Source of the DNA: Pseudomonadota bacterium | GTDB lineage: Bacteria > Bdellovibrionota_B > Oligoflexia > Oligoflexales > RGVZ01 | DNA: 64,000 nucleotides | Reading direction: 5' to 3' | NCBI GenBank assembly: GCA_041178085.1 | Contig: JBEGVZ010000082.1 | Coordinates: 1 to 64,000, forward strand | Shown here: positions 47,722 through 55,291 of the stretch, one piece after another | Layout: each line of letters starts with the position of its first letter | Position numbering within the stretch: the first letter of the stretch is position 1 | Program-made: the position numbers and the translations under genes | Notes under the pieces: model-generated | Databases searched by the model: none | What the model was told of the DNA's origin: nothing | Seen by the model: only the letters and a program-made list of their open reading frames with translations

Positions 47722-49074
47722 ATGTCGATGAAAAGCCTGTCGCAATTTGCCGACCGTTTTTTTGCCTTGAGGGCCAATCAAACGACTATTCAGACAGAGG
47801 TCAGGGCTGGACTGACCACGTTCCTGACCATGGCTTACATCATCTTTGTAAACCCCTCGATCCTTGGCAACGTCATCAAAATCCCAGGGGTGGACCTGCG
47901 TCCTGAACTCCTGACCACGACAGCCATTGCCACAGCACTGGCAACAACTCTGGTCGCGCTGATCGGCAAATACCCGTTTGCGATCGCCCCTGGCATGGGC
48001 CTTAACGCCTACTTTGCGTTCTCCGTGGTCGCTGGACAGGGGGTACCCTGGCAAACGGCCCTTGGTGGTGTCTTCATTAGTGGCGTCGTTTTTCTGGTGA
48101 TCAGTGTGGCGCGGATCCGCGAGCTGATCTTCACCGCGATCCCGATGGAGCTGAAGCTGGCCACTGCCGGTGGGATCGGCATGTTCCTTGCCATGATTGG
48201 TTTCACCAACTCAGGAATCGTCGCGGATCATCCGGCGACGCTGGTAACGCTGGGCAATCTTGCTTCGAAGCCGGTCGTGGTCTCGCTGGTGGGGATCATC
48301 GTCACAACCGCCCTTATGGCACGGCGTGTCAAAGGATCGATCCTGATCGGCATCGCAACGGCGACCATTCTTGCCATTGCCACCGGCGCTCCAGTGTTCG
48401 AGGGCAAGCCCTTTCAAGGTTTTCCCGATGGAATCATCGCAGCTCCGGTCTGGCCAAAGCACCTGTTTCTGGCGATGGACCTCAAGGGAGCGATGGCTCT
48501 AGGCCTTGTTCACATTGTCTTCACATTCACCATGATCGAACTCTTTGACACTGCCGGGACGCTCGTCGGAATCTCGCAAAAGGCGGGCCTTATGGACAGC
48601 AAGGGAAACTTGCCACGGGCTTCACGGGTTTTCGCGGCAGACGCCACTGCCAACATGGCGGGAGCGGTGCTAGGCACAAGTCCCATGACTACCTATATCG
48701 AAAGTGCCGCCGGCATTGAGGAAGGCGGAAAGACCGGGCTCACCGCCCTCACGGTCGCCCTGCTCTTTGCTGCCAGCATCATCTTCTGGCCCCTTGCGAG
48801 TGTCATCCCGGCCCATGCCACTGCACCGGCCATGATTGTGGTTGGCTGCATGATGATGGGAAGCCTTGCCAAAGTGAGCTGGGGAAATCTTTTGACCGCC
48901 CTGCCCGCTTTCTTGACCATGGTCCTGATGCCGCTAACGTACTCCATTTCAAACGGCATCGCCGGGGGAATCCTGTCGTGGTGTGCCCTGCACCTGCTGA
49001 CGGGACAAGCCCGGAAAGTCCATTGGATCATGTATTTGCTTGCGGGCATGCTGTTGTTGAAAGTCCTGGTTTAA
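47722..49074 (+). CDS. NCS2/AzgA family purine nucleobase permease
   Basis: TEVRAGLTTFLTMAYIIFVNP, APGMGLNAYFAF, FDTAGTL, TTYIESAAG, GGKTGLTA, MPLTYSISNGI. Confidence 0.93.
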   Translation: MSMKSLSQFADRFFALRANQTTIQTEVRAGLTTFLTMAYIIFVNPSILGNVIKIPGVDLRPELLTTTAIATALATTLVALIGKYPFAIAPGMGLNAYFAFSVVAGQGVPWQTALGGVFISGVVFLVISVARIRELIFTAIPMELKLATAGGIGMFLAMIGFTNSGIVADHPATLVTLGNLASKPVVVSLVGIIVTTALMARRVKGSILIGIATATILAIATGAPVFEGKPFQGFPDGIIAAPVWPKHLFLAMDLKGAMALGLVHIVFTFTMIELFDTAGTLVGISQKAGLMDSKGNLPRASRVFAADATANMAGAVLGTSPMTTYIESAAGIEEGGKTGLTALTVALLFAASIIFWPLASVIPAHATAPAMIVVGCMMMGSLAKVSWGNLLTALPAFLTMVLMPLTYSISNGIAGGILSWCALHLLTGQARKVHWIMYLLAGMLLLKVLV

Positions 49075-49094
49075 AGGACTTCAGGGGAAATGGA

Positions 49095-49508
49095 ATGAAA
49101 ATATCTGAACGCATGCAAATCCCGGATCATGAACTTGAATTCAGCTTTGCACGCAGCGGTGGCCCCGGCGGCCAGAATGTCAACAAGGTAGCAAGCAAGG
49201 CGATCCTGAGATGGGACATGAACGCCAACACCAGTATCCCTGACGCGGTCAAAGCCCGCTTCCGTGACACATTCGGCAACCGCATCGCAGGCGAAGGCGA
49301 GGTCGTCATCGCCAGCGATGAGTACCGGGACCAGCCTCGCAATATGGAGTCGTGCCGTAGCAAACTTGCGAGCATGCTCCGCTCTGTCGAAAAACCACCG
49401 AAAATACGCCGCGCCACCAAGCCAACAAGGGCCTCGAAGGAAAGGCGCATCTCAAGCAAGAAGCGGACTTCCGAGATCAAGGCTGGACGACGCCAGAAAT
49501 TCGATTGA
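49095..49508 (+). CDS. arfB: Alternative ribosome rescue peptidyl-tRNA hydrolase
   Basis: RSGGPGGQNVNKVA (GGQ), RDQ.RN, basic tail RRATKPTRASKERR..KK. Confidence 0.93.
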   Translation: MKISERMQIPDHELEFSFARSGGPGGQNVNKVASKAILRWDMNANTSIPDAVKARFRDTFGNRIAGEGEVVIASDEYRDQPRNMESCRSKLASMLRSVEKPPKIRRATKPTRASKERRISSKKRTSEIKAGRRQKFD

Positions 49509-49555
49509 CCGGCAAGGCGATTACCGCTGTGATGTCTCCACAGGAGCCCCTCCCC

Positions 49556-50011
49556 ATGAAATTTTTCAAGTGCCATTTTTTTGCCATGCTTTTCCTGGGG
49601 ATCAGCCACCCCGAAATGTCACTGGCAGCTTCTGGCGGCATCAGGATGCATGCTACTTTTTCGGAAGCGGAACATGATCAGCGGCCGTGCGATGTCGTGT
49701 TCGCTCGGAAAGACCATGACGTCGATTTTCACATACTTTCCCATCCTCGCGGTGCTGTGATCCATTTCATGGGAGATGATGGCTTTTTTAGCCAGACCAA
49801 TCTTGTTGCACAGCGCGGCTATGATGACCTGTATCTTCAAACATCCATGAAACATGAAGATTTACCCGGGGTGGAATTCAAGATTCACGCAGAGGGGATC
49901 TACAGCGTCGACCTGGTGCTTCTCGACTTCAGCATCGTAGCGGTAGACAAGTCCGCGCCCACACCAACGCAACTGTGCACTGCAAAAGCCCGCTTTTTCG
50001 CCAATCGCTGA
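49556..50011 (+). CDS. Hypothetical secreted protein
   Basis: AGGAG upstream; signal-peptide-like N-terminus; beta-rich mature part. Confidence 0.5.
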   Translation: MKFFKCHFFAMLFLGISHPEMSLAASGGIRMHATFSEAEHDQRPCDVVFARKDHDVDFHILSHPRGAVIHFMGDDGFFSQTNLVAQRGYDDLYLQTSMKHEDLPGVEFKIHAEGIYSVDLVLLDFSIVAVDKSAPTPTQLCTAKARFFANR

Positions 50012-50129
50012 ATTACACCGGAACAAATGAATGTCGCGGCCACACCGGAACGCGATTTGCTTGCCCTCCTGCGATTGACGTGGAGACGTCTTTGCCGTTT
50101 TCAACCGTCTGCACAGGAGGAATTTCATC

Positions 50130-51626
50130 ATGAACCCTTTTCCACGAGTAAAAGCCTTGGCCAGTGCCGTCTGCCTGACTGCTGCATACAGCGGGGTTGT
50201 TACAGACGCCTGGGCCAACAACAACCTTCCCGGATTGTTGGAGAAAAGAATCGAAGAATTCCGGACCAGCCTGGCCGACAAGGGCTATGAAACAGTGCGG
50301 GGCGGATTTCACCTGTTCAACATCGAGGATTGCAAGTACGCGATCAAAACAATCGGGAACTGCATGGGCAACAACCCGACTGCACCGTATGTCATACCAA
50401 CCCTGCCGCGCTGGCCAGACGAATTTATCGACCCGAGCATGGAAGGGTTGATTGGCCCAACGGAACTGAACACCGGATGGACCTGGCGCATGGACCCGCA
50501 AGAGGCGATCGTCATCCTCGGGCAGCTACCCCCCAAGGCACGTTATTTTGGCTTGCAGTCTTACATTTTCACGCGTGACGTGGAGCCGAATCCGTCGGAT
50601 CTCATATTTCAGACACTTGACGACGCATTCATGAAGAGCATCCTGTTCATGAGCGCACCCAATCCATCACGTCGCCTGGTTTTTGCAAGCGTGGGCGACA
50701 GCATCAACAACATGGTTATCGCGGATAAATCAGGGGAAGCCTTCGACCAAGACCGCTATTTCGTCGTGGCGTCGGACGCCAACATGGCGAGCGATCTGAG
50801 TGATGCCCTTATGGCCGCTGGCGTCCCGGATCGACGTGATATTTTCACGGAACCTCTTTCGCCATCGCTGGCACGGCTCGGCCTCGGCAACAAGGCGGAT
50901 GACTTCATGATCCTCCTGCGCTACGCGATGCCAGAGGATGAAACCGCAGGCGAGGCCTGGCGCAAAAATATTCCCCTGGCCATCCTGCGCATCAGAAGTA
51001 AGAACCCTGCACACCTGACCCAGCCCTTTCCCTTACCGGAGCGCGGACAGCGGATTGGACGCTCCGAACTGGATCTTGCGGGCAGTGTGGACGCTGTTGT
51101 TTCAGCTGTGAAACAAAAATGGAACCAGCCGGATGCATCGGAATCACAATTTTTCAGCTTGCTGGAGAAAGTGGACTTGCTGGGCGAACATTGCCTGAAA
51201 CGTCCGATGAACTGCCTGGGCGATACGGCTGATGCCGACTACCAGATCAGTCAGACCGTGCAGATTGATTCAGGCGAAGTGATTGCGGCGGTAGGCACAC
51301 TTGGAACAGCGACTGGCAACGCGACCTACACCAGCCTTTCCGTCAACCGCATCCCGGAACTGGTCGGAGCCTCGAACCTTTCCGACCTGGATCTTTCGGG
51401 AACAGCCGCTGAGTACATAAGTGACGCTAATGCCAGCAAACTCTACGTCAGGTACTTTGCGCGCAATTGCGAAGGCATAAGCAACTGCATGGTGGTGAAA
51501 GAAGGCATGGTTCCCCTGGGAGGCCAGATGAAACTCATTCAGAGGAACTACCTGGTACCCGGTTCCGCACGGGGGCCTGACCCGAAGCAATTGGTCAACC
51601 CCAGGTTGATCGTCCTCAAACGGTGA
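50130..51626 (+). CDS. Hypothetical secreted protein (498 aa)
   Basis: AGGAGG RBS; signal peptide ending AWA; paired Cys motifs (CKY..NCMGNNP, CLKRPMNCLGD). Confidence 0.7.
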   Translation: MNPFPRVKALASAVCLTAAYSGVVTDAWANNNLPGLLEKRIEEFRTSLADKGYETVRGGFHLFNIEDCKYAIKTIGNCMGNNPTAPYVIPTLPRWPDEFIDPSMEGLIGPTELNTGWTWRMDPQEAIVILGQLPPKARYFGLQSYIFTRDVEPNPSDLIFQTLDDAFMKSILFMSAPNPSRRLVFASVGDSINNMVIADKSGEAFDQDRYFVVASDANMASDLSDALMAAGVPDRRDIFTEPLSPSLARLGLGNKADDFMILLRYAMPEDETAGEAWRKNIPLAILRIRSKNPAHLTQPFPLPERGQRIGRSELDLAGSVDAVVSAVKQKWNQPDASESQFFSLLEKVDLLGEHCLKRPMNCLGDTADADYQISQTVQIDSGEVIAAVGTLGTATGNATYTSLSVNRIPELVGASNLSDLDLSGTAAEYISDANASKLYVRYFARNCEGISNCMVVKEGMVPLGGQMKLIQRNYLVPGSARGPDPKQLVNPRLIVLKR

Positions 51627-51704
51627 TGGCATCGCTGCTGGATCAATGCGCGGGGCATTCGAGCAGCAAAACTTCACCGAGCACAGGATCCAGCAATGAG
51701 CCGG

Positions 51705-51738
51705 ATTGCGAACAAGCTGCATGCCAGTTGTTCGCAAT
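51705..51738. terminator. Hairpin between convergent genes (possible bidirectional terminator)
   Basis: ATTGCGAACAA(G)CTG-CATGC-CAG-TTGTTCGCAAT inverted repeat. Confidence 0.4.
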
Positions 51739-51806
51739 TTCGGCATCTGTGCAGGCAGGCCTCGTCAGGGAACGGTGCCGAAGCGATTGGCTGGCAACAA
51801 CTTGCA

Positions 51807-53075
51807 TCAAACCTCTTCAACGAACGCCTTGTGCAAAACCTGGCAAGCCTCGTCTGCCTTGCTGCTATCCACCACACAGGAGATCTTGATTTCCGAAGTG
51901 GAGATCATCCTGATTTCAATGCCGGCCTGTACAAGCGCACCAAACGTCCTGGCAGCAACGCCAGCATGACTGCGCATTCCCACGCCAACCACGCTGACCT
52001 TGGCGCAGTCCGTCTCGACCCTTGCTTCTGCTTTGCAGACTGACTTTACCGCTGCAATGCTGCGCTCGACATCCCCACGGGTCGTAGTGAAACCGATTTG
52101 CATGGTCTGCCCGGCCCCTTCGGGAAGGTTATGAACGATGATGTCGACATTGACGCCGGCCTTGGCGACCGCACCAAAAACATCCGATACAGACCTCGAA
52201 TCCGTGCCAACTCCATTCAAGGTAATCCGCGCGACATCGCGGTCCAGCGTGACCCCGGAAACGACTGGCGCTTCAAGATTGTTCTTGTCAAACAAGTTCA
52301 TGACCCGGGTTCTCCTGTGATCGTCCGGAGTAAAGGTATTGCGAACCACAATCGGCATCTGGAACTTCGCGCCAAGCTCAACGCAGCGCGGATGAAGCAC
52401 TTTGCTGCCCAGGCTGGCCATCTCCAGGGCCACCTCAAAATCCATGTCATCGATCAAACGCGCAGCAGGAACAACACGCGGATCGCAAGTAAACACCCCA
52501 TCGACATCCGTATTGATCTCGCAAAACGCAGCTTCCACAGCAATCGCCAGCGCCACCGCACTAGTGTCGCTCCCACCCCGCCCAAGCGTCGTGATTTGCA
52601 AGGCCTCCGTGACGCCCTGGAAACCTGCCACCACGGGCACCGAACCACGCTCCCAGCATTGCTTGATCGCCTCCGTTTGGATGGATTTGATCCGGGCGCG
52701 GCTATGAAATTCGTCCGTAAGAATGCCCAGTTGATGTGACAAGAACGGTTCGGCGGGAACGCCTTCCGCTGCAAGTGCTGCCGTCATGAGGGCGACGGAC
52801 ACTTGCTCCCCCGACGCAACCGCCATGTCATAGGCTTTCGCTGGGGCGGCCGGATTGACTTCGTTGACCAGCGCTACAAGGCGATTGGTCTCGCCAGACA
52901 TGGCACTGACCACGATGGCCATCCTGTGCCAGCCATCGCGATGTTGCCGGGCAATGCGCCGGGCTACGTTGCGGATTCGCTCCGGGGTGCCCACTGAGGT
53001 GCCGCCGTACTTCTGGACGACGACTGCAGAAGGCGCAAGAACAGAATACAAAGTCACTGCCTCCTCGACGGGCAA
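51807..53075 (-). CDS. lysC: Aspartate kinase (alpha/beta type, two ACT domains)
   Basis: VQKYGGTSV, VVSAM, VAGFQG, TTLGRGGSDTSAVA, TDVDGV, ELG, SVVGVGMRSHAGVAA, ISTSEIKIS; start may be TTG 53051 after GAGGAGG. Confidence 0.95.
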   Translation of the reverse strand: MPVEEAVTLYSVLAPSAVVVQKYGGTSVGTPERIRNVARRIARQHRDGWHRMAIVVSAMSGETNRLVALVNEVNPAAPAKAYDMAVASGEQVSVALMTAALAAEGVPAEPFLSHQLGILTDEFHSRARIKSIQTEAIKQCWERGSVPVVAGFQGVTEALQITTLGRGGSDTSAVALAIAVEAAFCEINTDVDGVFTCDPRVVPAARLIDDMDFEVALEMASLGSKVLHPRCVELGAKFQMPIVVRNTFTPDDHRRTRVMNLFDKNNLEAPVVSGVTLDRDVARITLNGVGTDSRSVSDVFGAVAKAGVNVDIIVHNLPEGAGQTMQIGFTTTRGDVERSIAAVKSVCKAEARVETDCAKVSVVGVGMRSHAGVAARTFGALVQAGIEIRMISTSEIKISCVVDSSKADEACQVLHKAFVEEV

Positions 53076-53078
53076 ACC

Positions 53079-54356
53079 CTACATGCCCAGGGAGCCCTTG
53101 CGAACAAAGTCGGCAAGGTCGGTCGCACCGCGGGTGCCAGCGGCAATCGACAGGACGCCCGGAGCCGGGTTCCAGGCGATCATGTTCAGCCGGTCAGACG
53201 CATAAGTCTGATAAATCAACCCCTGAAAATTACCTGGCTCCGCTTTCGGCAGATCGCCGGTTTCCCCGGAGAGGGTATAGTGAAGGATCCGGTCACGCTT
53301 GTTGGGGTCCGTGTAAAGAACCACTGAAACCTTGGTGGAATCGTAATCAAGAACCGTTGCCCCTTCGATGGACATGCCCGCCGACTTGGCAGTCAGCACT
53401 TTCGGACGGAAACCAAGCTCCGGATAACTTCCCAGGTACTCTTTCACTTCTTCGATATTGTCAGAGGGCAAGTCGAGGCGTTCCTTGCCATCTTCAACCA
53501 GCGCAAGACTTTCGTAGCTCAGCACTTCCAGAACGTTAATGCCCGACTTGCGCGGAGCCCCCTTGTAAACCACAAAGAACACCACTGCCAACGCCACCCC
53601 GGCAAAGGCCAGCTGGCGCATGAAGCGCCCCCGCGCCTCAAAGCTTGAGATCTCTTCGATCCTCTGAGCCTCCTGGGTGTGCCGGACATCGACTGACGCC
53701 ACCAGGTTTCTCAGTTTGTCTACGTCTTGTGCCGAAAGATTCAAATGTTGGACAGCCAGCTGAACCTGACCGCGCCGCAACCGGAATACCGAAGCAAGAT
53801 CGTCAAATGAGGACACCGCCTTGCGGGCCTTTTCAAATTCACCGGCCACTGCAGCCGGAACTTCCTCGTCAACAGCCTCTGCCAGGTGCGCCCAGATTAC
53901 CGCCGGAAAAGTCTGATTTTTAGAGCCATAAAAAGCTTCGCGTGCTGCCGCCAGCAACTGGGCCGTGTCCTTCACCGATTCCCTCGATCCGCTCAACAAT
54001 ACGGATGTTTCTTCAGGGCTGAATCCGCAAACATCCGAGGCCACAAACGCAAGCCGCGCGCGGCGATCCTTGATATGCGCCAGCTCTGAGACAACGGGAT
54101 CAAGATGATCCAGACCTGCAGGCTTCACTGCCTGGTTGGCAAGGATCTCACGCGCAGCCTGCACCGCTAGCGTGAACGCCGGCGACTCATCTTCCGCGTG
54201 CTGCGCCAAGGTGTTGGCGACTTTTTTGAACGCCTCGTGCGTGATCCGGTGGGCTTCCCGTTCGTTCAATGTCACAGCGGCGCTGAACCGGTACACAAAG
54301 TCAGCCTCGGTGCAAAAGCGCTCCGCGTAAACATTGAAAAGCTGTTCCTGGTTCAT
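53079..54356 (-). CDS. Putative ECF-sigma-like / transmembrane anti-sigma fusion protein
   Basis: N-terminal sigma2-like (VYRFSAAVTLNEREAHRITHEAFKK) and sigma4-like (RARLAFVASDVCGFSPEETSVLL) segments, ASD-like helix, one TM, anti-sigma-like extracytoplasmic domain. Confidence 0.6.
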   Translation of the reverse strand: MNQEQLFNVYAERFCTEADFVYRFSAAVTLNEREAHRITHEAFKKVANTLAQHAEDESPAFTLAVQAAREILANQAVKPAGLDHLDPVVSELAHIKDRRARLAFVASDVCGFSPEETSVLLSGSRESVKDTAQLLAAAREAFYGSKNQTFPAVIWAHLAEAVDEEVPAAVAGEFEKARKAVSSFDDLASVFRLRRGQVQLAVQHLNLSAQDVDKLRNLVASVDVRHTQEAQRIEEISSFEARGRFMRQLAFAGVALAVVFFVVYKGAPRKSGINVLEVLSYESLALVEDGKERLDLPSDNIEEVKEYLGSYPELGFRPKVLTAKSAGMSIEGATVLDYDSTKVSVVLYTDPNKRDRILHYTLSGETGDLPKAEPGNFQGLIYQTYASDRLNMIAWNPAPGVLSIAAGTRGATDLADFVRKGSLGM

Positions 54357-54502
54357 GGTCCCGTCCCGTGTTCCGGAAAAGTGAAAATCTGGTTTATTTC
54401 ACGCAAGGTTATGCCATCATGTTGTTCGTGATGCCATGACAACATGTTAGCAATCCGGCAATCGAACACGCAAGTGCATGGTCCGGAACGGCAGGAGGGA
54501 AT

Positions 54503-55291
54503 TTGCAGCAGGGTTCCATGCGCAACTGGCTTGTGGTCGTGCCCGCCAGGCTGGCTTCCACGCGCCTTCCCGACAAGCCGCTCGCCGACCTGAATGGCAA
54601 ACCTTTGCTGGCGCGCGTGGTGGACAACCTTGCCCCGCTGTCCGCCGCCGGTGCTGCGATCGTGGCAGCCATCGATGACCCCAAGACCGCTTCCGCCTGC
54701 CAGAGGAACGGCATCACCTTTCAGATGACCCGCGCAGACCATGCGACCGGCACAGACCGCTGCGCTGAGGTTGCCACCCAGCCGGGATTTGCCGACCGGA
54801 CCTTCATCCTGAACGTCCAGGGCGACGAACCCTTCATTGATCCGCAGGATCTCATGGCCTTGTGCGCAAGGATTGAAGTTCAGGCAAGGTCCCGCGAAAC
54901 TTTCCCCGCAACTTTAATGGGCAGCATGTATTTCCGCTGCCGCGACCAGGCCCGCTTTGCCTCTCCTGCTACCGTCAAAGTGGTTTGTGATGCGCAGGGC
55001 AATGCCGTTTACTTCTCGCGCAGCCAGATTCCCTGGGACCGCGACAATGCCGGCCTTCCCGCCGAAGACTTCCTTGTTCACATGGGCGTGTACGCCTTCC
55101 ACCGGGACGCCTTGCAGGCGTTTTGCCGTCTCCCCCACGGCAAGCTTGAAGCTGTCGAAAAGCTTGAACAGCTGCGCGCTGTCGAGGCCGGCTGGCGCAT
55201 CGTCATGTGTGAAGCGCGCAAGGAGTCGATCGGAATAGACACGCCGGAAGACCTTGCCGCTGCGCGCCGGAAAATGGGCGGTCATGGTTAA
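54503..55291 (+). CDS. kdsB: 3-deoxy-manno-octulosonate cytidylyltransferase
   Basis: VPARLASTRLPDKPLA, TGTDR, NVQGDEP, YFSRSQIP, HMGVY, EKLEQLR, IDTPEDL. Confidence 0.95.
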   Translation: MQQGSMRNWLVVVPARLASTRLPDKPLADLNGKPLLARVVDNLAPLSAAGAAIVAAIDDPKTASACQRNGITFQMTRADHATGTDRCAEVATQPGFADRTFILNVQGDEPFIDPQDLMALCARIEVQARSRETFPATLMGSMYFRCRDQARFASPATVKVVCDAQGNAVYFSRSQIPWDRDNAGLPAEDFLVHMGVYAFHRDALQAFCRLPHGKLEAVEKLEQLRAVEAGWRIVMCEARKESIGIDTPEDLAAARRKMGGHG

